NCBI GenBank assembly: GCA_010015585.1
Contig: ML975158.1
Origin: Eremomyces bilateralis CBS 781.70
Lineage: Eukaryota
Direction: 5' to 3' (one strand)
DNA length: 64,000 nt
The number at the start of each line of letters is the position of its first letter. Positions within the stretch are counted from its first letter, which is position 1. The notes beneath the pieces were generated by a model that did not search any database, was not told the DNA's origin, and saw nothing but the letters and a program-made list of their open reading frames with translations. Positions 1 to 12,609 of this stretch are shown one piece after another. The translations under genes were made by a program, and so were the position numbers.

Positions 1-7
1 TTTCGGC

Positions 8-1372
8 ATGTTTCCGACTACATTCTCACCACACCCACTGACAGATCACACCAATACATGCTACCCCCCGCCACGGTCTCGCCACTGTACGTTCGAGAAT
101 CCAGGCATACTAAGTCGCAGTCAATCCAAACGCCTCCATTTCCCCCATCTCGACTCATCTGAGACCCTCCCAAGCGAGCACAGTTCCATATGTGACGCCG
201 TCCACCGTATATCCAGTGGGAATACGGAAGCTTCCGAGACATCTGAGGCCACCCCAACGCTTCGCACGCCGACATCCGAGAGACCCCCAAGTCGACACAG
301 CCATGGCCGCGGTGCCGCTGCATCGGACACACCACCTGTTCGCACAGCGGTTCGGTTCATCAACAACCCGCATGGCACGACTCTCACCACCATCTTCGAA
401 CAACGCTCCTTTCTGACGCTCAGAGCCCAATCATCCGGCCGCTCCATCCCGTCCCTTCAACAACGTTGCAGCTATAGTGCCCAGGTCCCTCTGGGCCTTC
501 GATCACGCCACTCGTTTAGCTTCGACGAGAGTATCATCCGTCGCCGTAGCCGCACGTTTCAACCGTCCAGTGCAGGCTCCGATCCCTCCACGCTCGGCAA
601 CACCACTTTCCCCTTAGCCTGTCCTACGAAGCCTACCCATCCCCCGCACAAACGCACCCCAACGCCCCCTGGACGTCCGCGGTGGCCAGGTGACATCGGT
701 CGTATCCCCCCGACACACCCCTCACTGCCCTCCACCGGTCGAGCCCTCGCTTCGAGCGTCCGCGACTTCCTGCGAACAAGGTCGCTGAGGAGTCAGAGGG
801 GATCCAGAGCTCATCCAACGGGTCCGGTCTCCCCCTCCCCTGGCGGCCCTTCCCCATCCCGGCCGCCGATTCGCTCACCTACTGGCCCCAGGCGCCGCGC
901 TACTTTACCGAGACGAGTCGGACGCGCGTATTGGCAACCTCCCCGGAGCGGGCATGCCACCTGCGGCTTCGAGGCATTGGACCGACACCCCTTCCACGCC
1001 GTCGCATTAGCTCCAGCAACCCTCGCCATGGCACCGTCTCATCCGCTGCAGGCAGCTCGCAGGCACGAACCGGCGGACAGGGCTCGACGACCCAGGCGAG
1101 GTGACAACGCCGCGAATCCGCGACCGAGGATGCTCTCAGGGGTGGCGACGCCGCGGCGTGGCGCGGACAGGCCGCAGGTGAGGACGCCAGACAATGTGGT
1201 GGCTGATGCGAGGGAAAGGGAGAGGAGAGCGACGCGAGCGCGCCGGCAGGCGATGAAGAAGGGGAAGTCGCGGGCGATCGATTGGGCGACGAGGAATTGC
1301 TGCTGTAATGCGAAGCTGGACTTGGCAAGCGACGGTGCAGCGCCGAGAGTCGTTCATGTACAGACAACCTGA
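8..1372 (+). CDS. Hypothetical Ser/Pro/Arg-rich fungal protein (true start could lie upstream of the window)
   Basis: 454-aa open frame of low complexity; no domain recognised. Confidence 0.5.
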   Translation: MFPTTFSPHPLTDHTNTCYPPPRSRHCTFENPGILSRSQSKRLHFPHLDSSETLPSEHSSICDAVHRISSGNTEASETSEATPTLRTPTSERPPSRHSHGRGAAASDTPPVRTAVRFINNPHGTTLTTIFEQRSFLTLRAQSSGRSIPSLQQRCSYSAQVPLGLRSRHSFSFDESIIRRRSRTFQPSSAGSDPSTLGNTTFPLACPTKPTHPPHKRTPTPPGRPRWPGDIGRIPPTHPSLPSTGRALASSVRDFLRTRSLRSQRGSRAHPTGPVSPSPGGPSPSRPPIRSPTGPRRRATLPRRVGRAYWQPPRSGHATCGFEALDRHPFHAVALAPATLAMAPSHPLQAARRHEPADRARRPRRGDNAANPRPRMLSGVATPRRGADRPQVRTPDNVVADARERERRATRARRQAMKKGKSRAIDWATRNCCCNAKLDLASDGAAPRVVHVQTT

Positions 1373-1542
1373 ACAGGCAGGCCAGAGATCTCAATCACAC
1401 CCTAGAGTTCCCTTGACGCATACCAATGCAGATCCGTATTCCTTTTCACTTTGTTGTTGAGAACTGCTGCAGCCGTGCCGGTGCGCTAATATGTTGAGGG
1501 AAACGCCTATCGCTTGGCCTGGAATCGATCCTCCATTTCGGA

Positions 1543-3234
1543 TCATCCCCACAGGTCTCGCCAAAATTCTCGTAGCCCGTATTGCTTCCCCCTCCCCTCG
1601 TCATGCACTTTCGTTTTGCCTGCACCTATCGACCCTCCTATAGCAGCTAGCACTCCTCCTTCGCCGGACCTGAAATCGCCCTTCTTGATCGGCGCACGGG
1701 CTCGTTCCACTATCTCGGAGGCGAGAAGGGGCGCGACGTCAGCATAGCAAGCGTTCAACTCCCGCTCGAGAGAGTAGTATGGCTTCTTAGCAAGATCGGG
1801 CGCTTGGAGGTTGTAGGTGCGCGTGATGGAATTCAGGTTGTCGATGCTGAGCCCCAGGTACGAAAGTTCGGTTTTCTCCCATTCAGGATCGCGGAATGGT
1901 CGACTGAAGTATGGCGGTGGGTCTTGTGGCGCGGATTCAGGAATTTCAGTTACCTCGGCGGTCACCGTGACTGTGGGATTTTCTGTGCTCGTGTCGATTG
2001 TCGGCGAGGATACCTGGACCACATCCGATGTCGTCACCCCTTGCTTCCCTCCTCTTAATGCTCCAGTCAACGAGATGCCCGATACGTGATCTTTGTCTAT
2101 AATCTCTTGTATCACCATCACCTTCGTGACCGTTGGGTTCGCCCGTCGCTCGGCCTCGGCGTACATTTCTGCCCTACGAACCTGCTCCTCCAGCGTCCCC
2201 CCTTGACTAGCCATCATGCGCGCCGCATGCCTCCTCCAATCGCTGCGTAGCCGCGAGCGAAACCGACCGGCGGCCAATACCAACTCTTGCTGCTTTTCGA
2301 TCCACGGCGGCACGATGTCCTGCCTCTGGATGATCTTGTTCAGGAAGTACTCCGTTGTGTCGATGAACGGGCTGCTGGCGTTGTAATCCCTCTCGAGCGG
2401 CTTTCCCCGCGGAAGGTTCTTGAACTGTCCCCGTGCGATCGCGTCCTCGATCCGCTCGTTCGCAAGCGACGCTAGCCCTTGGACCGTGGTAGGCATGGTC
2501 CTTCCGCCGGGTGAAAACCGCTCGCACATCTCCTTCCGGAACCCCTCCTTCTCCTCCTCCGACATACTGGAGTCCTTCAGCATGCCATACGTGGACGACC
2601 GCTCCTTCGCTTCTGAAATGCGTTGCCCTACTGATGCACGGCTCGCAGATCGTCCCACATGGATCCTGATAGGCACTCCGCGGAAAGGCGCTGCCTTGAT
2701 CTCCCCTTGCAACGGCTTATGCGCATCCGTGAGCATCCTCAACGCCGTATCTTCCGCCGACTCTGTCCCAGTCCACGGCGTCGCCCCAGCCAGGTCCCTA
2801 GTCCCCTTCCCCGCGCTTCCTGGAATATCTACCTCCGCGAATGCGCTAGCATTATGGGACCGGAAATCCGCCGTGGCGATTCGCTCCTCGAGCTTCGCGC
2901 GCAGCTCCGCATCGAAGCCGGCTTCCTGGATGGCTTTTCGTCCCGCGCGACCGCTTGTAGTCATTGCCTCTTCTGTCATCTGGGACAGACGACGGGACAT
3001 GGCGCCCACTTCTCCCGGCTCTTCGCGTTCATCGTTGTTGGACTTTCGACCGCCATCGTCTCGGCACGTCGGACTTGTGGAGAATCGGGAGGGGATTGGT
3101 CCGGATGACCTCCGAGGCGGTTGGATGTGCTTGGGCGTGAGTATTTGGCCCCGTAGATGACGGGAGTTGGCACGCAGAACCTCTGTGAACACGGTCATAA
3201 AGAATCGCAAGTCAATGCCAGTGCTGGAAGTCAT
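1543..3234 (-). CDS. DUF1992 (DnaJC28-like conserved domain) protein, possibly mitochondrial
   Basis: Motif LANERIEDAIARGQFKNLPRGKPL...DTTEYFLNKIIQRQDIVPPWIEKQ; Arg/Ser-rich N-terminus; start uncertain (ATG 3234 or 3198; ORF open to 3390). Confidence 0.8.
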   Translation of the reverse strand: MTSSTGIDLRFFMTVFTEVLRANSRHLRGQILTPKHIQPPRRSSGPIPSRFSTSPTCRDDGGRKSNNDEREEPGEVGAMSRRLSQMTEEAMTTSGRAGRKAIQEAGFDAELRAKLEERIATADFRSHNASAFAEVDIPGSAGKGTRDLAGATPWTGTESAEDTALRMLTDAHKPLQGEIKAAPFRGVPIRIHVGRSASRASVGQRISEAKERSSTYGMLKDSSMSEEEKEGFRKEMCERFSPGGRTMPTTVQGLASLANERIEDAIARGQFKNLPRGKPLERDYNASSPFIDTTEYFLNKIIQRQDIVPPWIEKQQELVLAAGRFRSRLRSDWRRHAARMMASQGGTLEEQVRRAEMYAEAERRANPTVTKVMVIQEIIDKDHVSGISLTGALRGGKQGVTTSDVVQVSSPTIDTSTENPTVTVTAEVTEIPESAPQDPPPYFSRPFRDPEWEKTELSYLGLSIDNLNSITRTYNLQAPDLAKKPYYSLERELNACYADVAPLLASEIVERARAPIKKGDFRSGEGGVLAAIGGSIGAGKTKVHDEGRGKQYGLREFWRDLWG

Positions 3235-3632
3235 GAAGTTCCGTCGACAGTATGACGAGTGTTGGGATGTAGTCGGAGATACCTCGGCCTCGGCTTGGCC
3301 TGCCGCCGTGTCATCAGCGATTCGGCCGACTCTAAACGCCTCATTAATCGTCCAGCTCTTTGAATGATTGTTTACACAGCACATCGACATGTCTAAGGAC
3401 TCGGGAAATATGTCATTTCGCTATAAATGCAATTTCATAGACCGAATGCTGCCTGGAATATACTGTACAGATAATCGTGATCCAGTTCCTACAATGCCAC
3501 ATTACCATAGAGTATCACATATGAGATGCGATGATCTCCCTGCCCGATCCTGTCTGTCCTCTTATTTCCCATAATTAGCTGTATTCATCTCTCTTGGCCT
3601 CATTTCATGCCTTCTCCCGGTTCGGCACATCA

Positions 3633-6600
3633 TTAAACAAATTGATAGTGATCGCCGAGCTCTTCGACCGCCCATCGTTTGAGCTCTTCATATTCTTCAT
3701 CCACCACTTCATCCACCACTCCACCAGTCGCCGGCTGCGGCTCTTCCGTTTCAGCACTCTGATCATGGGCGCCGGTCTCTCCTAGTGCATTTTCATCGAC
3801 GGCTGACGTGACCCATCTATTTGACATTGTCTTGCGTCGTTTGGAGCCGGGTTCGCTTTGGTTCGCTTCAAAGCCGTCTCGTCCACCGTGGCCCACGTGG
3901 AAGCCGTGTTTTCTAGGTTTCACGTCCGTTGCGTATGGCTCCTCTTGATCAGATGTGCTCCACATAGAGACCTCATTCCCTCTGTGCATTACATCAAATT
4001 TGAGATCCTCCTTTTGCTGGTCACCTTCATATCCGTTGTCGTCAGCTGCCTGCATTCGGAACTCATCCGCACGTGGGAACAGATCATGTATGGCCTGGTC
4101 AGAGCTGTCGATTTGTCCGTCCATGATCTGAGGACCTTCTGTCTTCCATACTTCCTTCATATTGGCCCAATCATCCTCTTTGGTGCTGGTTAGAGGAGTG
4201 ATTTCAGTCAGGTCGTCGAAATCAAAGTCGAAATCTCCATACTCGTCATCGAGCGAATCGCTCTTTTTGGGCGAAGTAGGATGTGCGGGTTTCATGTTTG
4301 CCTGTATGAAGGGACGTATATCGACGTGCCCTGGCGCTACCATACGATCCGCCACTGATGGACTTACTGCGATAGAGGTACCGCCTCTGTTGGTTTTATT
4401 GCTGTGGTGCTGTTGAGAGACCTCCCGGGCTCCCGTCAAGTCAATCATAGGCAGATTGAGAAACGACAGTTTCTTCTGCCCACTGCCTGCCTTCGGTGCA
4501 ATGGTATCCTTTCTCGAAAGTTTCGACTCCTTCGTACTTCCTGTCGATTTGGTTTGAGAGCCCGTAGCTTCAGCCGTCGACGCTGCCTGGTCAACTGGAT
4601 GTCGTTTGGTCTTCCGTTGCTTAGGGGGCTTATCAACCCCTTCTTTACAGCAAAGATGCCTACACTTCGCCTTGTCCTTGCAAGGGTGATTACATTCCCA
4701 TTTGCCGCTTGGAAGCTTCTTGGGTTCTTTTGGCTCCGATGTATCCGGTGCGGCGAAGAAGCTGACCTTCTGCTGCTGGGACCTTTTCTCTGGCCCTTCG
4801 GCGATCAAGTCGTCGATATCTTGGAAATCATTGACAGCAGCAGCAGCCGCATCGAAATCATCCCAGTCGAAATCGGCATCGTCGAGTTCTTCCGCGGGAA
4901 CTTCATTCGGGAACAGATTGTTGGACTTCTTCTCTGCTTCCTGGGATTGCATCATCCCGCGAATATCTCTCTGGTCGCTCTTCTTCTCCACAAGGTGAAA
5001 AGCATGGGCGGGAAGGGTCGGCTTCAACGAAGCAGTCCTCAGCGTCCCGGCTATAGGTGATCGGCATTAGTTTGCGAAACTAGTATATAAGGGCAGCTCA
5101 CCTTGTTCATCGCACATAACGTGCGCAAAGATCATCTGCGTCGTGCTCGTGAGGTTGGCGCAAAAGAGCACATCTTTCCCGGCATCGAGATGCTTGGCGC
5201 TGATTCGGCAAAAATGTATCTTTTGCCCATCCGACGTCTCGGCAAGGAAACAGATGAAGACCGACTGCCTGTTAAACGTGGCGGGGACGATGTCGTTCAT
5301 GAAGCCGATCTCCGCTCGAACATTGATGGACGCCCCTTCGCCACGCTTGATGCTGGGAGCCCCATTCATTTGCAGACAAACCCGCAGCTTTGGGAATAGT
5401 TTAGCTTTGTCTAGCATTCGTTGGCCGTACGGTGGGTTTCGGGACATGATCATCTCAATCCTATGGGCCGGAGTCTGGTCCAATGTTTCGAAGTCCTTAA
5501 TGCCGCCATTGACAAGCTTTCGTACCGCGACATTCCCGACACCATCAAGCTGTTTGAGGATATTAGGTGAGTCATCCCATACCTCTGCGGCAAGACTGCG
5601 CGAGAAGGCAAGAGCATTGCGAGCGGAGATCGAATCATCTATGTGGAGCTTGCAGTCTACCACACATCGGATCATTCGACGAACATTCTGGAAGATGATG
5701 GCCTTGTCTACGGTGAACTGGTGGGCATGCAGCTTGTTGTCAGGAAGACTTTGCGTGTCGATTGCGCCGAGGATGGATTGAATGATGAGGGACACCTTGT
5801 GCGCAGGCATATCCAAGTTAACTGGAATCGGGAACCGGATCAATGGCAATTTGTTCACAGCCTTGTAGAACTGCTTTTCTCCCGAGCGGAATCTGATCTC
5901 ACGGAATTCGGACGCTTGTGCGATCGCGGACAGAATATCCGACACCTTGGCCTTCGTTGGCAACTGTAAGATGCTCTTCATCGTGTCAAACAACACGTAG
6001 TACCTGGCCATGGCATCGCCATACTCCGTCGCCTTGTATCGTGGTTCGGTCTCGACCAACCCTAGCTCTTGCAGTTGCTGTATATCCTTGCTCAAGATCT
6101 CGTCCAGCAATTCGTCCAGATTGTTGATCCGGGCCCCATCCTTGAGCTTGTAGTATGTAGGATTTTTCTTCAGCCGTACATAGAGAAATGTGCCAGTCAG
6201 CCATCGTTTCGCGGAGGCGATATCCGTGATGGTGCCCAGGCCAACTTCTGCGTTCAAATGCTCGATGAGATTGCGATGCAGACAGCTCTCGAGAATTTCC
6301 TGTCCGGATACCATCTTCTGATAGCGTCCGACTTGCCCAGGTCGGCACATGATCACGGCGACGGCCGAGTCGTCGAATTGCGGGCGGCCAGCCCTTCCCA
6401 GCATCTGCATGACCTCGATGTCCGAGTAATCCCGGATCACATTGTTTGAGTAGGATGCAGTGCCCTTGAGTACCACGAAATGGCATGGCAAATTGATCCC
6501 AACGGCGAGTGTTGAAGTACAACAGATCACATTGATATTGCCGTTCATATACCCTTTGGCGACTGCGCGACGGTCATCGAGGTCCAGTCCGGCATGATGA

Positions 6601-8472
6601 TACGCAACACCAGATGTGAGGCAGTCTAGCAGAGTTCAGTATACAATAACAACGCCAGTCATTCCACTCACCCCTCAAGCCTTGCAGTTTTGATTTGACG
6701 ACCTCCTTGGGGCCGTCCCAGTGTCGATTGTTTAGCCCGCTTCCTGCCCACCACGACGCCAAAGCCTTCGCGGTCTCCTCACAAGAACGTCGCGTGAAGC
6801 AGAACACCATGATGGGTTTCCGCTGACTATAGCGACTGATAACCTCAAGCAACCCGCACAGAAAGTTAGCTCAGCGTTTGAAACCGAAAGAGTAGCTAAT
6901 ACTTCTTGTCCAGGAACTTGCTAAAAGCAAATTCGTTGCTTGACTTCATGTCGTAGCCAATGACATGTTTCTGAAGCTTTACCGGCCTGAACTCCTCTCC
7001 GAATTTCTCGAGTAGTGCAGGCTCGCGACTTCGGTTCGAACTCCGTCCAAGCCACTCTGCAATGTCCTCCACGTTTGGCACTGTCGCCGAAACGGCTATG
7101 AACCGGACCGAGGAATCAACCGACTTCGTGCGACTGACTATTGCCTCCAAAGTTGCGCCACGGTCCTCGCGCAGGATATGGACTTCGTCGATGAGAAAGA
7201 GCTTGATCATTTTCATCAACTTCATATGATCTTTCCACTTTCTCGTGATGCTGTCCCACTTCTCTGGCGTCGTCACGATGATGGTTGCTTCCTGAACATT
7301 CTTCATTTGCCAGTGGTCGGAGTCGCCCGTCAGCTCCTCGCATTTGCAGTCTAGGTGTCGGAACTTGTTGGTCCAGTCTTCCTTCCGCTCGGAGCAGAGG
7401 GCCTTCGTGGGTGCTTGGTAGACGACCTTGAACTCCTCATTTTTGAACTGCTTGATCGCTCGACAGATGGCGAGCTCAAAGACAGCGGTTTTACCGCTTC
7501 CAGTTGGAGACGAGAGAACGAAGTTGTCATCGGTGTTGAAGATTGAGTCATAGCATCTCGACTGGACTGCATTGAAGACAGGAAACGGAAAGACGTTGCG
7601 CAGACGATCGGGTAACTCGTGTGTCGAGACCAAGATGATGCCCTGCACAGTCTGAGCAGACTTATATCGAGGCACGCGATCCCGTGCTTCGGTTGGGTTG
7701 CTACGATGGACAATTGCCTCCTGTTTCTTCCGATCTCTCTCAACCAGCTTCTGTCTGTTTCGCTGCTGCTGATTAGCACGGAATACCGGACTAGATTGCC
7801 CAGCTGGTCCAGATGAATCCCGTGGACTGGAAAAGAATCTGGATTCCTGCCACTGACTATCTGTTGATGGGGTTAGCATAGCGGCTCCGTTAAATTTTCC
7901 CGGGTATTTCTCTAGATCTCTATTATATACCTGGTGTGCGCTGGACTCGTTCGATGGAGTCTGTGTCGGTCAATATCAATGACCTGAACCGGGCGCCTTC
8001 ACTCACATTGGCCTTGGTTCTCATAAACGATATCACGGGGATGATATGAGTTCTCAGTAAGGTAAGGAGTCTGTCCATGGCTGTATTGAGTCTGGTGGGG
8101 CGGCAACGGCAAGCGACCGCGCCCCTGAACAACGTGTCCAATACTCGACTCTGTAGGTTGCCGAAGCATGGCGTAGTCTCCTCATCATCAGCAATGCACT
8201 CCCCAGACCAACCCGAACTCATACTGACCAAACGAATCAAACTGAGGCGGTTCAGGATCGTAGTACACCGGGGCCTCCTGGTCAAACTGCTCTGTGTACC
8301 CATACTCAGCCGGGACCTCATCATACGGCACGTCGTCCATCGGCTGCACGACCTGGTTCCCATACGGGACATGCTCGCTGGGAGGAAATCCCGACCCAGC
8401 TGCTCGTTGCCATTGATCATGTCTCCGCTCAATATTGTCGAGCAGGTCGAAAACTGAGTCTGAATGGTCCAT
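3633..8472 (-). CDS. MER3: MER3/HFM1 meiotic DExH helicase with Sec63 domain, 7 exons
   Basis: SPTGSGKT, IDEVH, SAT, HHAGL, TSTLAVGINLP, QMLGRAGRPQFD, C-terminal WECNHPCKDKAKCRHLCCKEG; exons join in frame across six introns, one of which (6854-6902) has a non-AG end. Confidence 0.93.
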
Positions 8473-9270
8473 GGCTGCTGCTCCTGTGCGCTCGACTGAC
8501 AGTGACGCTCTACTACCCGGACTTCGCTCGCGACAACGGACGCCGGCTATGAATGAAAAACAGATTGACTGTGAACATGAGGAAAGAAGATCAGAGGAAG
8601 GCGGACTGAATAGAACTCGATGTGAAGCGAAATTTGAACATGGTATGACGTCGTGGATTCTGGTGATCCCCAGATGAGGAAGTCGCGACAGCTGTTGCCT
8701 GACGGCCTACCGAATATCAACTTCACCAGCAAAGAGATCAAGCGGCGAAATGGAACACGATGCAACGGCTGAAAAAGCCGTTTAGTAAATTGGTATCTTA
8801 AATCGATGAGTTGTACATGTCATTGAGCTCACGATTGCAGGGGTTTCGAAGCTCTGGTGCACAAGGGATGCGAATCGGGGAAATGGAGACCATTTCTTCC
8901 GCAAAACAAAAAACTGTTGCTCGGTGCGGTGCGCCGAGTCAGAAGCTACCTGTAGTCTTCTAACAAGTCGAGGAAACCCGACGCAAGTAGGACGGGTTCT
9001 CGAGCCTGCAACGGAGATCGTAATGCTCGGCCTGGAAGCCGTTCCTTGCCAAATCGTATATCAGACGCTCGCTGTGTGGCCCGTGAAGCAAATAATCCTC
9101 CAAATCACCCCAAAATAGCCTCGCGCCGAAATGAGATGCGGCGTCTAGAATTCAAATCCGCAAATCGAAAGCACCGCATTTTCATGGTGGACGTCGTAGC
9201 GCCGGGTAACGCTCGGGTCGCTGGAAGACTTTGTTTGTTTTTCGCAATGGAAAGCAAAGAATCGAAGAAT

Positions 9271-10720
9271 TCATGATTCGCGCTTGTCGCGCTGGTCGTA
9301 TTCGTTGCTAGCTCGTAGAGGTATTCGCTCGGGGCTTCCTGACGTGTCGCGCCTCGACTCCTTTTCATATTCGGAGCTCGAGCCGTCCATGGATGATTGT
9401 GAACGATGGTCGCTATTAAACAATGTGGTGGACTCCTCGTGATTTCGGCCCTCCTCTTCTTCGATGATAGGGTTCGATGAAGGTCTCCGGTCAGGGCTGC
9501 TATAGAGGTAGGTCGCATATAGTACGACGGCGGTACCGATCACATACTAGAAAATATCAGCATCTATCCCAATCTAAAAGGTAGATTGTACTCACATTAA
9601 TGGTGATCGTGAGCCCAAAGAAGTAAACGCTTGCCACGAAGCTAATGACAATACTCAAACTGGTCGCGAAGTTCTTCGCAATATTGTCGGCATAGTTGAC
9701 CACCAACGCCACGATGAGCCCGCCGAGGGCTTGGAAGGTGATGGCTAGCCAGACCACCCAGTTGTAGCCCGCGAAAAACCCATCCCGTTGGATCTCGCGA
9801 CCCTCCTTCAAAATAACGCCGAAAATAAATGCAGGGAACAGCGAGTAGAAGGACAGTTGCACGTTCCGCACCCAGAGCGACGCGTTCTTGTTGCTCTCTT
9901 TGAGGACTTTCTCGAAGTACACGCCTGCCAGGCCGGAGATGGCGCAGGCGATCATGACGGCCACCAACCCAATCGTGGCGCTGCCTTGCGCATGCTCGCT
10001 TTGCTCGATGCCGCCCCGTGCATGCTTTTGGGGCACCATGTTCTCCGGCACGGGCATCTGCACGATGGCAACCCCGACCATGAGCAGCACCAGCGATATC
10101 CATTTTCGAATTGAGAGCGACCTGCGGAGCATAATGACGCTGAACAAGGCTGTGGTGAGGATCTTCAGCTGGTAGGTGACCTGGAACGTCGCGGCGTCCA
10201 GATTGCTGACGGCGACATATTGCAGAGTGTTTTGGACCGTATAGAGGACGGCGGGGATGGCCAATTTCCAGCTATCGCCGGTCGACAGCGAGGAGAAGAA
10301 GGTGTGTGTGAAGGAGAAGGGAGTCGAGGTGACAGATGCGGAGTTCGAGGTTTCGTATGCGACCATCGCAAGGGATAGGGTGAGTTTGATGACCTCGTTC
10401 AGGAACACAGCGGTTGACGCGGAATATCGTTTACCGTCCACGAGAGGCATTACTCGGGAGTATCTCATGATCTATTCCTCGTTGTTAGCTACTGTCGTTC
10501 CGCATTATTTTACTTCGACTGAAGCGATCGGCTGATTGGCGCAGCACGCGACGACTCCCGACGTACCAGAATGAGGGCAGAATTCTGAACCGTAAGCTGT
10601 CAAGACGTTAGCACCCCTTTCGAATCCGGCTTCTGAGTTCTCAGACACACTCACCGTCACAAGAGATATGTATTTCAGCGGGACGCCACCCATGGTGGCC
10701 TTCCGCGACGACTCGACCAT
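9271..10720 (-). CDS. gms1: Golgi UDP-galactose/nucleotide-sugar transporter (SLC35A family), 4 exons
   Basis: LKYISLVT|LTVQNSALIL|IMRYSR, STAVFLNEVIK, TFQVTYQLKILTTA, GVYFEKVLK, YADNIAKNFATS; three canonical introns. Confidence 0.9.
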
Positions 10721-12609
10721 GATGCCGACGTCGTTCGACCGAAACGAAACAAAATGGTGGGTGAACTCGCAGGATGGGTAAAATGGCAGCTATGAAAGGA
10801 ATGTGGGTCGATCAACGTCGAGTTGACGGTGACGATAGAGGAGGTGACGGAAGCAGAGGAGAGGGGGGACGGAGGGAGATGAAGATTGAAATTGATGATG
10901 GCGAGGTGGATTTGAAGGATAGCGGTTGGGATGGAGTATGGACTGATGGGAGGGTTTATTAGTTTATTACGGGAGACGGATGATTGGGAGATGCGTAGCG
11001 TGACAACGAGTGCTCGGCCTGTGCAGGGGCGCAGTAAGCCGATTGCTAGGCGCTTTTAGTTACCGTATTCCAGTATTACCGGTACCACTGTCAGGATTAC
11101 AACCCTGAAGCCCCTGGAGTTCCTCCTCCAAAATCCTTCTAAGCTCTGGCCCTGGACGCCACCGGTGTTTTTCCGGTTCAGCCCAGCGGGGTGTGAAATT
11201 GGTCCTAATATTTAGGGATCTTGGAATTGGCCAGTGGTCACATCTCCTCGGAAATCAGCGCTGACTAACTTAACTTAGAGTAGCTGCTAATGGAACGAGC
11301 AGGTCTCTAAACCACAGCTTGAAATTATCTCCTCGAAGGATCCACCTTGCTCCGGTGGTGCCGGATATCAAGTCGATCTTCTACTTCGGCTACGATGCTT
11401 TCCCGGGGAATTACTCCACACATGATCTCATGGCCGATAAGAATTGTACGATATTAGGTACCAACCACCATATCGTAATTGATCTCCTCGCAGTTCTCCG
11501 CCGCTGCGCCGCATCACTATCAAGTGAGTATCGGAATACCTCACCCAACATACCCTTACATGGCGAAGATATACTCCATACAGCTTCTCATGATATCATC
11601 GACTGCATCGAACGCTGGCTGTGCGATGATCTCTTCCCGTCGGCCATGAACCCATCGTTGCTCCAGTCATCTCGCGTCATACCGCCCGATCGTTCCCTCT
11701 GATCTTGTGCTCCGAACTCCGAAGGTATGAACTCCCAAATATGTCTCGGGTACCAACACCATGATATCCCGCTGGGGAGCAAGCTGGAGCGGTCCATATA
11801 CCGTGCCTTTCGCTAGAGCCTGCAGGTTCGTAATTTTGCTTCAGACTCCGACACCTTCGTGCAGCGTCAATATCGAAAAGCAGGTGTTGTCGAAATCATT
11901 GAATGGTTGGAACTTGGAAGACATTCAAATCGTGTTCCCCTTTCGTAGGTACGCTTTGTACCTGGATACAGCGTACCGTTGCACCTTATGACCCTGTTAC
12001 ACTACGGTCACCAAACAGTGTCCCTTGCTCCAACCTGAACAGCGCGATAACGGTTCGTAATGAGTGAGTGATTCTTCAAAGTCCGTGTGAGACACCAGAA
12101 CCTTCGCCATTTATGATCGTCTTCTTGCTGAATAAGAGTAACTTTCGATGGACGATGGTTAGCGTGGCTATTACTGGAGCACTAGCGTACCATACTCGTA
12201 GGTCATCAGATCCATCAGGTGGTTGTCTAAAATTAGAGTAGTGTCCTGCGGCCTGCAAGGATCAAGTTTCATTACAGTGGAGGCATTCATTGCAGGGCGG
12301 AGTGGTCAGACAACTTCGGTTTGTTGTTTAGCCGATTGATATCCACGGACTACAATTGTAACAGATCAGGTTTATCTTTATTTCATCGTACTACCTATCA
12401 TAAGTTGAAAATATACTATAGAGAATTGGAACAGGACTCGTGAGACACGACAAACACTAACCCTCGGCTGTAACCAAATAACGTGAACTGGGATATATAC
12501 TGATTCGCGTGCTTGCAATAGCGGGCATCCATATCTTAACTGAGAAATGGTCGAAAATCAGTCCCTGGCATCATTAACGAGCTTCCGACCAAAACTCCAT
12601 CTTAAAACC

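Noticed and set aside
11088..12260. Possible solo LTR or decayed gene between the nucleotide-sugar transporter and GPI genes
   Set aside because: No second copy, no clear termini and no recognisable protein motif
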